Shown here: one piece after another, positions 1 through 15,000 of the stretch
Layout of the letters: each line of letters begins with the position of its first letter
How positions within the stretch are numbered: the stretch's first letter is position 1
NCBI GenBank assembly: GCA_040954595.2
Contig: CM082597.2
Coordinates: 4,655,244 to 4,719,243 of the forward strand
Reading direction: 5' to 3'
Origin: Balanoglossus misakiensis
Lineage: Eukaryota; Animalia; Hemichordata
Length of the DNA: 64,000 nt
Made by a program: the position numbers and the translations under genes
The notes under the pieces: model-generated
The model's input: only the letters and a program-made list of their open reading frames with translations
What the model was told of the DNA's origin: nothing
Database searches by the model: none

Positions 1-3000
1 AAAAACCATGATGGTTAACCCATGAAAAATGTTCAAATCGGCCGAAAATCCCGAAATTCGGCAACTCGAAAATTCGTGGTTTTTCGACAAAAACCATGAT
101 GGTTAACCCATGAAAAATGTTCAAATCGGCCGAAAATCCCGAAATTCGGCAACTCAAAAATTCGTGGTTTTTCGACAAAAACCATGATGGTTAACCCATG
201 AAAAATGTTCAAATCGGCCGAAAATCCCGAAATTCGGCAACTCGAAAATTCGCGGTTTTTCGACAAAAACCATGATGGTTAACCCATGAAAAATGTTCAA
301 ATCGGCCGAAAATCGCGAAATTCGGCAACTCGAAAATTCGCGGTTTTTCGACAAAAACCATGATGGTTAACCCATGAAAAATGTTCAAATCGGCCGAAAA
401 TCGCGAAATTCGGCAACTCGAAAATTCGCGGTTTTTCGACAAAAACCATGATGGTTAACCCATGAAAAATGTTCAAATCGGCCGAAAATCCCGAAATTCG
501 GCAACTCGAAAATTCGTGGTTTTTCGACAAAAACCATGATGGTTAACCCATGAAAAATGTTCAAATCGGCCGAAAATCGCGAAATTCGGCAACTCGAAAA
601 TTCGCGGTTTTTCGACAAAAACCATGATGGTTAACCCATGAAAAATGTTCAAATCGGCCGAAAATCGCGAAATTCGGCAACTCGAAAATTCGCGGTTTTT
701 CGAAAAAAACCATGATGGTTAACCCATGAAAAATGTTCAAATCGGCCGAAAATCCCGAAATTCGGCCACTCGAAAATTCGTGGTTTTTCGACAAAAACCA
801 TGATGGTTAACCCATGAAAAATGTTCAAATCGGCCGAAAATCCCGAAATTCGGCAACTCGAAAATTCGCGGTTTTTCGACAAAAACCATGATGGTTAACC
901 CATGAAAAATGTTCAAATCGGCCGAAAATCGCGAAATTCGGCAACTCGAAAATTCGTGGTTTTTCGACAAAAACCATGATGGTTAACCCATGAAAAATGT
1001 TCAAATCGGCCGAAAATCCCGAAATTCGGCAACTCGAAAATTCGTGGTTTTTCGACAAAAACCATGATGGTTAACCCATGAAAAATGTTCAAATCGGCCG
1101 AAAATCGCGAAATTCGGCAACTCGAAAATTCGCGGTTTTTCGACAAAAACCATGATGGTTAACCCATGAAAAATGTTCAAATCGGCCGAAAATCCCGAAA
1201 TTCGGCAACTCGAAAATTCGTGGTTTTTCGACAAAAACCATGATGGTTAACCCATGAAAAATGTTCAAATCGGCCGAAAATCCCGAAATTCGGCAACTCG
1301 AAAATTCGCGGTTTTTCGAAAAAAACCATGATGGTTAACCCATGAAAAATGTTCAAATCGGCCGAAAATCTCGAAATTCGGCAACTCGAAAATTCGCGGT
1401 TTTTCGACAAAAACCATGATGGTTAACCCATGAAAAATGTTCAAATCGGCCGAAAATCCCGAAATTCGGCAACTCGAAAATTCGCGGTTTTTCGACAAAA
1501 ACCATGATGGTTAACCCATGAAAAATGTTCAAATCGGCCGAAAATCGCGAAATTCGGCAACTCGAAAATTCGCGGTTTTTCGACAAAAACCATGATGGTT
1601 AACCCATGAAAAATGTTCAAATCGGCCGAACATCTCGAAATTCGGCAACTCGAAAATTCGCGGTTTTTCGACAAAAACCATGATGGTTAACCCATGAAAA
1701 ATGTTCAAATCGGCCGAAAATCTCGAAATTCGGCAACTCGAAAATTCGCGGTTTTTCGACAAAAACCATGATGGTTAACCCATGAAAAATGTTCAAATCG
1801 GCCGAAAATCTCGAAATTCGGCAACTCGAAAATTCGCGGTTTTTCGACAAAAACCATGATGGTTAACCCATGAAAAATGTTCAAATCGGCCGAAAATCTC
1901 GAAATTCGGCAACTCGAAAATTCGCGGTTTTTCGACAAAAACCATGATGGTTAACCCATGAAAAATGTTCAAATCGGCCGAAAATCTCGAAATTCGGCAA
2001 CTCGAAAATTCGCGGTTTTTCGACAAAAACCATGATGGTTAACCCATGAAAAATGTTCAAATCGGCCGAAAATCGCGAAATTCGGCAACTCGAAAATTCG
2101 CGGTTTTTCGAAAAAAACCATGATGGTTAACCCATGAAAAATGTTCAAATCGGCCGAAAATCCCGAAATTCGGCAACTCGAAAATTCGTGGTTTTTCGAC
2201 AAAAACCATGATGGTTAACCCATGAAAAATGTTCAAATCGGCCGAAAATCCCGAAATTCGGCAACTCGAAAATTCGCGGTTTTTCGACAAAAACCATGAT
2301 GGTTAACCCATGAAAAATGTTCAAATCGGCCGAAAATCCCGAAATTCGGCAACTCGAAAATTCGTGGTTTTTCGACAAAAACCATGATGGTTAACCCATG
2401 AAAAATGTTCAAATCGGCCGAAAATCCCGAAATTCGGCAACTCGAAAATTCGCGGTTTTTCGAAAAAAACCATGATGGTTAACCCATGAAAAATGTTCAA
2501 ATCGGCCGAAAATCTCGAAATTCGGCAACTCGAAAATTCGTGGTTTTTCGATAAAAACCATGATGGTTAACCCATGAAAAATGTTCAAATCGGCCGAAAA
2601 TCGCGAAATTCGGCAACTCGAAAATTCGCGGTTTTTCGACAAAAACCATGATGGTTAACCCATGAAAAATGTTCAAATCGGCCGAACATCTCGAAATTCG
2701 GCAACTCGAAAATTCGCGGTTTTTCGACAAAAACCATGATGGTTAACCCATGAAAAATGTTCAAATCGGCCGAAAATCTCGAAATTCGGCAACTCGAAAA
2801 TTCGCGGTTTTTCGACAAAAACCATGATGGTTAACCCATGAAAAATGTTCAAATCGGCCGAAAATCTCGAAATTCGGCAACTCGAAAATTCGCGGTTTTT
2901 CGACAAAAACCATGATGGTTAACCCATGAAAAATGTTCAAATCGGCCGAAAATCTCGAAATTCGGCAACTCGAAAATTCGCGGTTTTTCGACAAAAACCA

Positions 3001-3029
3001 TGATGGTTAACCCATGAAAAATGTTCAAA
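1..3029. repeat. 88-bp tandem satellite, left arm (orientation A), truncated by the window start
   Basis: Monomer AAAAACCATGATGGTTAACCCATGAAAAATGTTCAAATCGGCCGAAAATC[G/C/T]CGAAATTCGGCAACTCGAAAATTCG[C/T]GGTTTTTCGAC repeats head to tail about 34 times; ORF track shows an 88-bp period. Confidence 0.99.
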
Positions 3030-3044
3030 TAAGCGGTTTTTCGC

Positions 3045-6000
3045 CGAGATTTTCGGCCGTTTTGAACATTTTTCATGGGTTAACCATCATGGTTTTTGTC
3101 GAAAAACCGCGAATTTTCGAGTTGCCGAATTTCGAGATTTTCGGCCGATTTGAACATTTTTCATGGGTTAACCATCATGGTTTTTGTCGAAAAACCGCGA
3201 ATTTTCGAGTTGCCGAATTTCGAGATTTTCGGCCGATTTGAACATTTTTCATGGGTTAACCATCATGGTTTTTGTCGAAAAACCGCGAATTTTCGAGTTG
3301 CCGAATTTCGAGATTTTCGGCCGATTTGAACATTTTTCATGGGTTAACCATCATGGTTTTTGTCGAAAAACCGCGAATTTTCGAGTTGCCGAATTTCGCG
3401 ATTTTCGGCCGATTTGAACATTTTTCATGGGTTAACCATCATGGTTTTTGTCGAAAAACCGCGAATTTTCGAGTTGCCGAATTTCGAGATTTTCGGCCGA
3501 TTTGAACATTTTTCATGGGTTAACCATCATGGTTTTGGTCGAAAAACCGCGAATTTTCGAGTTGCCGAATTTCGCGATTTTCGGCCGATTTGAACATTTT
3601 TCATGGGTTAACCATCATGGTTTTTGTCGAAAAACCGCGAATTTTCGAGTTGCCGAATTTCGCGATTTTCGGCCGATTTGAACATTTTTCATGGGTTAAC
3701 CATCATGGTTTTTGTCGAAAAACCGCGAATTTTCGAGTTGCCGAATTTCGCGATTTTCGGCCGATTTGAACATTTTTCATGGGTTAACCATCATGGTTTT
3801 TGTCGAAAAACCGCGAATTTTCGAGTTGCCGAATTTCGCGATTTTCGGCCGATTTGAACATTTTTCATGGGTTAACCATCATGGTTTTTGTCGAAAAACC
3901 GCGAATTTTCGAGTTGCGGAATTTCGCGATTTTCGGCCGATTTGAACATTTTTCATGGGTTAACCATCATGGTTTTTGTCGAAAAACCGCGAATTTTCGA
4001 GTTGCCGAATTTCGCGATTTTCGGCCGATTTGAACATTTTTCATGGGTTAACCATCATGGTTTTGTCGAAAAACCGCGAATTTTCGAGTTGCGGAATTTC
4101 GCGATTTTCGGCCGATTTGAACATTTTTCATGGGTTAACCATCATGGTTTTTGTCGAAAAACCGCGAATTTTCGAGTTGCCGAATTTCGCGATTTTCGGC
4201 CGATTTGAACATTTTTCATGGGTTAACCATCATGGTTTTTGTCGAAAAACCGCGAATTTTCGAGTTGCCGAATTTCGCGATTTTCGGCCGATTTGAACAT
4301 TTTTCATGGGTTAACCATCATGGTTATTGTCGAAAAACCGCGAATTTTCGAGTTGCGGAATTTCGCGATTTTCGGCCGATTTGAACATTTTTCATGGGTT
4401 AACCATCATGGTTTTTGTCGAAAAACCGCGAATTTTCGAGTTGCCGAATTTCGCGATTTTCGGCCGATTTGAACATTTTTCATGGGTTAACCATCATGGT
4501 TTTTGTCGAAAAACCGCGAATTTTCGAGTTGCCGAATTTCGCAATTTTCGGCCGATTTGAACATTTTTCATGGGTTAACCATCATGGTTTTTGTCGAAAA
4601 ACCGCGAATTTTCGAGTTGCGGAATTTCGCGATTTTCGGCCGATTTGAACATTTTTCATGGGTTAACCATCATGGTTTTTGTCGAAAAACCGCGAATTTT
4701 CGAGTTGCCGAATTTCGCGATTTTCGGCCGATTTGAACATTTTTCATGGGTTAACCATCATGGTTTTTGTCGAAAAACCGCGAATTTTCGAGTTGCCGAA
4801 TTTCGCGATTTTCGGCCGATTTGAACATTTTTCATGGGTTAACCATCATGGTTTTTGTCGAAAAACCGCGAATTTTCGAGTTGCCGAATTTCGCGATTTT
4901 CGGCCGATTTGAACATTTTTCATGGGTTAACCATCATGGTTTTTGTCGAAAAACCGCGAATTTTCGAGTTGCCGAATTTCGCGATTTTCGGCCGATTTGA
5001 ACATTTTTCATGGGTTAACCATCATGGTTTTTGTCGAAAAACCGCGAATTTTCGAGTTGCCGAATTTCGCGATTTTCGGCCGATTTGAACATTTTTCATG
5101 GGTTAACCATCATGGTTTTTGTCGAAAAACCGCGAATTTTCGAGTTGCGGAATTTCGCGATTTTCGGCCGATTTGAACATTTTTCATGGGTTAACCATCA
5201 TGGTTTTTGTCGAAAAACCGCGAATTTTCGAGTTGCCGAATTTCGCGATTTTCGGCCGATTTGAACATTTTTCATGGGTTAACCATCATGGTTTTTGTCG
5301 AAAAACCGCGAATTTTCAAGTTGCCGAATTTCGCGATTTTCGGCCGATTTGAACATTTTTCATGGGTTAACCATCATGGTTTTTGTCGAAAAACCGCGAA
5401 TTTTCGAGTTGCGGAATTTCGCGATTTTCGGCCGATTTGAACATTTTTCATGGGTTAACCATCATGGTTTTTGTCGAAAAACCGCGAATTTTCGAGTTGC
5501 GGAATTTCGCGATTTTCGGCCGATTTGAACATTTTTCATGGGTTAACCATCATGGTTTTTGTCGAAAAACCGCGAATTTTCGAGTTGCCGAATTTCGCGA
5601 TTTTCGGCCGATTTGAACATTTTTCATGGGTTAACCATCATGGTTTTTGTCGAAAAACCGCGAATTTTCGAGTTGCCGAATTTCGCGATTTTCGGCCGAT
5701 TTGAACATTTTTCATGGGTTAACCATCATGGTTTTTGTCGAAAAACCGCGAATTTTCGAGTTGCCGAATTTCGCGATTTTCGGCCGATTTGAACATTTTT
5801 CATGGGTTAACCATCATGGTTTTTGTCGAAAAACCGCGAATTTTCGAGTTGCCGAATTTCGCGATTTTCGGCCGATTTGAACATTTTTCATGGGTTAACC
5901 ATCATGGTTTTTGTCGAAAAACCGCGAATTTTCGAGTTGCCGAATTTCGCGATTTTCGGCCGATTTGAACATTTTTCATGGGTTAACCATCATGGTTTTT

Positions 6001-9000
6001 GTCGAAAAACCGCGAATTTTCGAGTTGCCGAATTTCGCGATTTTCGGCCGATTTGAACATTTTTCATGGGTTAACCATCATGGTTTTTGTCGAAAAACCG
6101 CGAATTTTCGAGTTGCCGAATTTCGCGATTTTCGGCCGATTTGAACATTTTTCATGGGTTAACCATCATGGTTTTTGTCGAAAAACCGCGAATTTTCGAG
6201 TTGCCGAATTTCGCGATTTTCGGCCGATTTGAACATTTTTCATGGGTTAACCATCATGGTTTTTGTCGAAAAACCGCGAATTTTCGAGTTGCGGAATTTC
6301 GCGATTTTCGGCCGATTTGAACATTTTTCATGGGTTAACCATCATGGTTTTTGTCGAAAAACCGCGAATTTTCGAGTTGCCGAATTTCGCGATTTTCGGC
6401 CGATTTGAACATTTTTCATGGGTTAACCATCATGGTTTTTGTCGAAAAACCGCGAATTTTCGAGTTGCCGAATTTCGCAATTTTCGGCCGATTTGAACAT
6501 TTTTCATGGGTTAACCATCATGGTTTTTGTCGAAAAACCGCGAATTTTCGAGTTGCCGAATTTCCCGATTTTCGGCCGATTTGAACATTTTTCATGGGTT
6601 AACCATCATGGTTTTTGTCGAAAAACCGCGAATTTTCGAGTTGCCGAATTTCGCGATTTTCGGCCGATTTGAACATTTTTCATGGGTTAACCATCATGGT
6701 TTTTGTCGAAAAACCGCGAATTTTCGAGTTGCCGAATTTCGCGATTTTCGGCCGATTTGAACATTTTTCATGGGTTAACCATCATGGTTTTTGTCGAAAA
6801 CCGCGAATTTTCGAGTTGGCCGAATTTCGCGATTTTCGGCCGATTTGAACACTTTTCATGGGTTAACCATCATGGTTTTTGTCGAAAAACCGCGAATTTT
6901 CGAGTTGCCGAATTTCGCAATTTTCGGCCGATTTGAACATTTTTCATGGGTTAACCATCATGGTTTTTGTCGAAAAACCGCGAATTTTCGAGTTGCCGAA
7001 TTTCGCGATTTTCGGCCGATTTGAACATTTTTCATGGGTTAACCATCATGGTTTTTGTCGAAAAACCGCGAATTTTCGAGTTGCCGAATTTCGCGATTTT
7101 CGGCCGATTTGAACATTTTTCATGGGTTAACCATCATGGTTTTTGTCGAAAACCGCGAATTTTCGAGTTGCCGAATTTCGCGATTTTCGGCCGATTTGAA
7201 CATTTTTCATGGGTTAACCATCATGGTTTTTGTCGAAAAACCGCGAATTTTCGAGTTGCCGAATTTCGCGATTTTCGGCCGATTTGAACATTTTTCATGG
7301 GTTAACCATCATGGTTTTTGTCGAAAAACCGCGAATTTTCGAGTTGCCGAATTTCGCGATTTTCGGCCGATTTGAACATTTTTTCATGGGTTAACCATCA
7401 TGGTTTTTGTCGAAAAACCGCGAATTTTCGAGTTGCCGAATTTCGCGATTTTCGGCCGATTTGAACATTTTTCATGGGTTAACCATCATGGTTTTTGTCG
7501 AAAAACCGCGAATTTTCGAGTTGCCGAATTTCGCGATTTTCGGCCGATTTGAACATTTTTCATGGGTTAACCATCATGGTTTTTGTCGAAAAACCGCGAA
7601 TTTTCGAGTTGCCGAATTTCGCGATTTTCGGCCGATTTGAACATTTTTCATGGGTTAACCATCATGGTTTTTGTCGAAAAACCGCGAATTTTCGAGTTGC
7701 GGAATTTCGCGATTTTCGGCCGATTTGAACATTTTTCATGGGTTAACCATCATGGTTTTTGTCGAAAAACCGCGAATTTTCGAGTTGCCGAATTTCGCGA
7801 TTTTCGGCCGATTTGAACATTTTTCATGGGTTAACCATCATGGTTTTTGTCGAAAAACCGCGAATTTTCGAGTTGCCGAATTTCGCGATTTTCGGCCGAT
7901 TTGAACATTTTTCATGGGTTAACCATCATGGTTTTTGTCGAAAAACCGCGAATTTTCGAGTTGCCGAATTTCGCGATTTTCGGCCGATTTGAACATTTTT
8001 CATGGGTTAACCATCATGGTTTTTGTCGAAAAACCGCGAATTTCGAGTTGCCGAATTTCGCGATTTTCGGCCGGTTTGAACATTTTTCATGGGTTAACCA
8101 TCATGGTTTTTGTCGAAAACCCGCGAATTTTCGAGTTGCCGAATTTCGCGATTTTCGGCCGATTTGAACATTTTTCATGGGTTAACCATCATGGTTTTTG
8201 TCGAAAACCGCGAATTTTCGAGTTGCCGAATTTCGCGATTTTCGGCCGATTTGAACATTTTTCATGGGTTAACCATCATGGTTTTTGTCGAAAAACCCGC
8301 GAATTTTCGAGTTGCCGAATTTCGCGATTTTCGGCCGATTTGACATTTTTCATGGGTTAACCATCATGGTTTTTGTCGAAAAACCGCGAATTTTCGAGTT
8401 GCCGAATTTCGCGATTTTCGGCCGATTTGAACATTTTTCATGGGTTAACCATCATGGTTTTTGTCGAAAAACCGCGAATTTTCGAGTTGCCGAATTTCGC
8501 GATTTTCGGCCGATTTGAACATTTTTCATGGGTTAACCATCATGGTTTTTGTCGAAAAACCGCGAATTTTCGAGTTGCCGAATTTCGCGATTTTCGGCCG
8601 ATTTGAACATTTTTCATGGGTTAACCATCATGGTTTTTGTCGAAAAACCGCGAATTTTCGAGTTGCCGAATTTCGCGATTTTCGGCCGATTTGAACATTT
8701 TTCATGGGTTAACCATCATGGTTTTTGTCGAAAAACCGCGAATTTTCGAGTTGCCGAATTTCGCGATTTTCGGCCGATTTGAACATTTTTCATGGGTTAA
8801 CCATCATGGTTTTTGTCGAAAAACGCGAATTTTCGAGTTGCCGAATTTCGCGATTTTCGGCCGATTTGAACATTTTTCATGGGTTAACCATCATGGTTTT
8901 TGTCGAAAAACCGCGAATTTTCGAGTTGCGGAATTTCGCGATTTTCGGCCGATTTGAACATTTTTCATGGGTTAACCATCATGGTTTTTGTCGAAAAACC

Positions 9001-12000
9001 GCGAATTTTCGAGTTGCCGAATTTCGCGATTTTCGGCCGATTTGAACATTTTTCATGGGTTAACCATCATGGTTTTTGTCGAAAAACCGCGAATTTTCGA
9101 GTTGCGGAATTTCGCGATTTTCGGCCGATTTGAACATTTTTCATGGGTTAACCATCATGGTTTTTGTCGAAAAACCGCGAATTTTCGAGTTGCGGAATTT
9201 CGCGATTTTCGGCCGATTTGAACATTTTTCATGGGTTAACCATCATGGTTTTTGTCGAAAAACCGCGAATTTTCGAGTTGCCGAATTTCGGGATTTTCGG
9301 CCGATTTGAACATTTTTCATGGGTTAACCATCATGGTTTTTGTCGAAAAACCGCGAATTTTCGAGTTGCCGAATTTCGCAATTTTCGGCCGATTTGAACA
9401 TTTTTCATGGGTTAACCATCATGGTTTTTGTCGAAAAACCGCGAATTTTCGAGTTGCCGAATTTCGCGATTTTCGGCCGATTTGAACATTTTTCATGGGT
9501 TAACCATCATGGTTTTTGTCGAAAAACCGCGAATTTTCGAGTTGCCGAATTTCGCGATTTTCGGCCGATTTGAACATTTTTCATGGGTTAACCATCATGG
9601 TTTTTGTCGAAAAACCGCGAATTTTCGAGTTGCCGAATTTCGCGATTTTCGGCCGATTTGAACACTTTTCATGGGTTAACCATCATGGTTTTGGTCGAAA
9701 AACCGCGAATTTTCGAGTTGCCGAATTTCGCGATTTTCGGCCGATTTGAACATTTTTCATGGGTTAACCATCATGGTTTTGGTCGAAAAACCGCGAATTT
9801 TCGAGTTGCCGAATTTCGCGATTTTCGGCCGATTTGAACATTTTTCATGGGTTAACCATCATGGTTTTGGTCGAAAAACCGCGAATTTTCGAGTTGCCGA
9901 ATTTCGCGATTTTCGGCCGATTTGAACATTTTTCATGGGTTAACCATCATGGTTTTTGTCGAAAAACCGCGAATTTTCGAGTTGCCGAATTTCGCGATTT
10001 TCGGCCGATTTGAACATTTTTCATGGGTTAACCATCATGGTTTTTGTCGAAAAACCGCGAATTTTCGAGTTGCCGAATTTCGCGATTTTCGGCCGATTTG
10101 AACATTTTTCATGGGTTAACCATCATGGTTTTTGTCGAAAAACCGCGAATTTTCGAGTTGCCGAATTTCGCGATTTTCGGCCGATTTGAACATTTTTCAT
10201 GGGTTAACCATCATGGTTTTTGTCGAAAAACCGCGAATTTTCGAGTTGCCGAATTTCGCGATTTTCGGCCGATTTGAACATTTTTCATGGGTTAACCATC
10301 ATGGTTTTTGTCGAAAAACCGCGAATTTTCGAGTTGCCGAATTTTGCGATTTTCGGCCGATTTGAACATTTTTCATGGGTTAACCATCATGGTTTTTGTC
10401 GTAAAACCGCGAATTTTCGAGTTGCCGAATTTCGCGATTTTCGGCCGATTTGAACATTTTTCATGGGTTAACCATCATGGTTTTTGTCGAAAAACCGCGA
10501 ATTTTCGAGTTGCCGAATTTCGCGATTTTCGGCCGATTTGAACATTTTTCATGGGTTAACCATCATGGTTTTTGTCGAAAAACCGCGAATTTTCGAGTTG
10601 CCGAATTTCGCGATTTTCGGCCGATTTGAACATTTTTCATGGGTTAACCATCATGGTTTTTGTCGAAAAACCGCGAATTTTCGAGTTGCCGAATTTCGCG
10701 ATTTTCGGCCGATTTGAACATTTTTCATGGGTTAACCATCATGGTTTTTGTCGAAAAACCGCGAATTTTCGAGTTGCCGAATTTCGCGATTTTCGGCCGA
10801 TTTGAACATTTTTCATGGGTTAACCATCATGGTTTTTGTCGAAAAACCGCGAATTTTCGAGTTGCCGAATTTCGCGATTTTCGGCCGATTTGAACATTTT
10901 TCATGGGTTAACCATCATGGTTTTTGTCGAAAAACCGCGAATTTTCGAGTTGCCGAATTTCGCGATTTTCGGCCGATTTGAACATTTTTCATGGGTTAAC
11001 CATCATGGTTTTTGTCGAAAAACCGCGAATTTTCGAGTTGCCGAATTTCGCGATTTTCGGCCGATTTGAACATTTTTCATGGGTTAACCATCATGGTTTT
11101 TGTCGAAAAACCGCGAATTTTCGAGTTGCCGAATTTCGCGATTTTCGGCCGATTTGAACATTTTTCATGGGTTAACCATCATGGTTTTTGTCGAAAAACC
11201 GCGAATTTTCGAGTTGCCGAATTTCGCGATTTTCGGCCGATTTGAACATTTTTCATGGGTTAACCATCATGGTTTTTGTCGAAAAACCGCGAATTTTCGA
11301 GTTGCGGAATTTCGCGATTTTCGGCCGATTTGAACATTTTTCATGGGTTAACCATCATGGTTTTTGTCGAAAAACCGCGAATTTTCGAGTTGCGGAATTT
11401 CGCGATTTTCGGCCGATTTGAACATTTTTCATGGGTTAACCATCATGGTTTTTGTCGAAAAACCGCGAATTTTCGAGTTGCCGAATTTCGCGATTTTCGG
11501 CCGATTTGAACATTTTTCATGGGTTAACCATCATGGTTTTTGTCGAAAAACCGCGAATTTTCGAGTTGCCGAATTTCGCGATTTTCGGCCGATTTGAACA
11601 TTTTTCATGGGTTAACCATCATGGTTTTTGTCGAAAAACCGCGAATTTTCGAGTTGCCGAATTTCGCGATTTTCGGCCGATTTGAACATTTTTCATGGGT
11701 TAACCATCATGGTTTTTGTCGAAAAACCGCGAATTTTCGAGTTGCCGAATTTCGCGATTTTCGGCCGATTTGAACATTTTTCATGGGTTAACCATCATGG
11801 TTTTTGTCGAAAAACCGCGAATTTTCGAGTTGCCGAATTTCGCGATTTTCGGCCGATTTGAACATTTTTCATGGGTTAACCATCATGGTTTTTGTCGAAA
11901 AACCGCGAATTTTCGAGTTGCCGAATTTCGCGATTTTCGGCCGATTTGAACATTTTTCATGGGTTAACCATCATGGTTTTTGTCGAAAAACCGCGAATTT

Positions 12001-15000
12001 TCGAGTTGCCGAATTTCGCGATTTTCGGCCGATTTGAACATTTTTCATGGGTTAACCATCATGGTTTTTGTCGAAAAACCGCGAATTTTCGAGTTGCCGA
12101 ATTTCGCGATTTTCGGCCGATTTGAACATTTTTCATGGGTTAACCATCATGGTTTTTGTCGAAAAACCGCGAATTTTCGAGTTGCCGAATTTCGCGATTT
12201 TCGGCCGATTTGAACATTTTTCATGGGTTAACCATCATGGTTTTTGTCGAAAAACCGCGAATTTTCGAGTTGCCGAATTTCGCGATTTTCGGCCGATTTG
12301 AACATTTTTCATGGGTTAACCATCATGGTTTTTGTCGAAAAACCGCGAATTTTCGAGTTGCCGAATTTCGCGATTTTCGGCCGATTTGAACATTTTTCAT
12401 GGGTTAACCATCATGGTTTTTGTCGAAAAACCGCGAATTTTCGAGTTGCCGAATTTCGCGATTTTCGGCCGATTTGAACATTTTTCATGGGTTAACCATC
12501 ATGGTTTTTGTCGAAAAACCGCGAATTTTCGAGTTGCCGAATTTCGCGATTTTCGGCCGATTTGAACATTTTTCATGGGTTAACCATCATGGTTTTTGTC
12601 GAAAAACCGCGAATTTTCGAGTTGCCGAATTTCGCGATTTTCGGCCGATTTGAACATTTTTCATGGGTTAACCATCATGGTTTTTGTCGAAAAACCGCGA
12701 ATTTTCGAGTTGCCGAATTTCGCGATTTTCGGCCGATTTGAACATTTTTCATGGGTTAACCATCATGGTTTTTGTCGAAAAACCGCGAATTTTCGAGTTG
12801 CCGAATTTCGCGATTTTCGGCCGATTTGAACATTTTTCATGGGTTAACCATCATGGTTTTTGTCGAAAAACCGCGAATTTTCGAGTTGCCGAATTTCGCG
12901 ATTTTCGGCCGATTTGAACATTTTTCATGGGTTAACCATCATGGTTTTTGTCGAAAAACCGCGAATTTTCGAGTTGCCGAATTTCGCGATTTTCGGCCGA
13001 TTTGAACATTTTTCATGGGTTAACCATCATGGTTTTTGTCGAAAAACCGCGAATTTTCGAGTTGCCGAATTTCGCGATTTTCGGCCGATTTGAACATTTT
13101 TCATGGGTTAACCATCATGGTTTTTGTCGAAAAACCGCGAATTTTCGAGTTGCCGAATTTCGCGATTTTCGGCCCTTTTGAACATTTTTCATGGGTTAAC
13201 CATCATGGTTTTTGTCGAAAAACCGCGAATTTTCGAGTTGCCGAATTTCGCGATTTTCGGCCGATTTGAACATTTTTCATGGGTTAACCATCATGGTTTT
13301 TGTCGAAAAACCGCGAATTTTCGAGTTGCCGAATTTCGCGATTTTCGGCCGATTTGAACATTTTTCATGGGTTAACCATCATGGTTTTTGTCGAAAAACC
13401 GCGAATTTTCGAGTTGCCGAATTTCGCGATTTTCGGCCGATTTGAACATTTTTCATGGGTTAACCATCATGGTTTTTGTCGAAAAACCGCGAATTTTCGA
13501 GTTGCCGAATTTCGCGATTTTCGGCCGATTTGAACATTTTTCATGGGTTAACCATCATGGTTTTTGTCGAAAAACCGCGAATTTTCGAGTTGCCGAATTT
13601 CGCGATTTTCGGCCCTTTTGAACATTTTTCATGGGTTAACCATCATGGTTTTTGTCGAAAAACCACGAATTTTCGAGTTGCCGAATTTCGCGATTTTCGG
13701 CCGATTTGAACATTTTTCATGGGTTAACCATCATGGTTTTTGTCGAAAAACCGCGAATTTTCGAGTTGCCGAATTTCGCGATTTTCGGCCGATTTGAACA
13801 TTTTTCATGGGTTAACCATCATGGTTTTTGTCGAAAAACCGCGAATTTTCGAGTTGCCGAATTTCGCGATTTTCGGCCGATTTGAACATTTTTCATGGGT
13901 TAACCATCATGGTTTTTGTCGAAAAACCGCGAATTTTCGAGTTGCCGAATTTCGCGATTTTCGGCCGATTTGAACATTTTTCATGGGTTAACCATCATGG
14001 TTTTTGTCGAAAAACCGCGAATTTTCGAGTTGCCGAATTTCGCGATTTTCGGCCGATTTGAACATTTTTCATGGGTTAACCATCATGGTTTTTGTCGAAA
14101 AACCGCGAATTTTCGAGTTGCCGAATTTCGCGATTTTCGGCCCTTTTGAACATTTTTCATGGGTTAACCATCATGGTTTTTGTCGAAAAACCGCGAATTT
14201 TCGAGTTGCCGAATTTCGCGATTTTCGGCCGATTTGAACATTTTTCATGGGTTAACCATCATGGTTTTTGTCGAAAAACCGCGAATTTTCGAGTTGCCGA
14301 ATTTCGCGATTTTCGGCCGATTTGAACATTTTTCATGGGTTAACCATCATGGTTTTTGTCGAAAAACCGCGAATTTTCGAGTTGCCGAATTTCGCGATTT
14401 TCGGCCGATTTGAACATTTTTCATGGGTTAACCATCATGGTTTTTGTCGAAAAACCGCGAATTTTCGAGTTGCCGAATTTCGCGATTTTCGGCCGATTTG
14501 AACATTTTTCATGGGTTAACCATCATGGTTTTTGTCGAAAAACCGCGAATTTTCGAGTTGCCGAATTTCGCGATTTTCGGCCGATTTGAACATTTTTCAT
14601 GGCATGGGTTAACCATCATGGTTTTTGTCGAAAAACCACGAATTTTCGAGTTGCCGAATTTCGCGATTTTCGGCCCTTTTGAACATTTTTCATGGGTTAA
14701 CCATCATGGTTTTTGTCGAAAAACCACGAATTTTCGAGTTGCCGAATTTCGCGATTTTCGGCCGATTTGAACATTTTTCATGGGTTAACCATCATGGTTT
14801 TTGTCGAAAAACCGCGAATTTTCGAGTTGCCGAATTTCGCGATTTTCGGCCGATTTGAACATTTTTCATGGGTTAACCATCATGGTTTTTGTCGAAAAAC
14901 CGCGAATTTTCGAGTTGCCGAATTTCGCGATTTTCGGCCGATTTGAACATTTTTCATGGGTTAACCATCATGGTTTTTGTCGAAAAACCGCGAATTTTCG

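Noticed and set aside
6790-8830. Cluster of single-base indels in the satellite giving longer ORFs
   Set aside because: Nearly all are in homopolymer runs and clustered, most consistent with consensus error in a low-coverage stretch.
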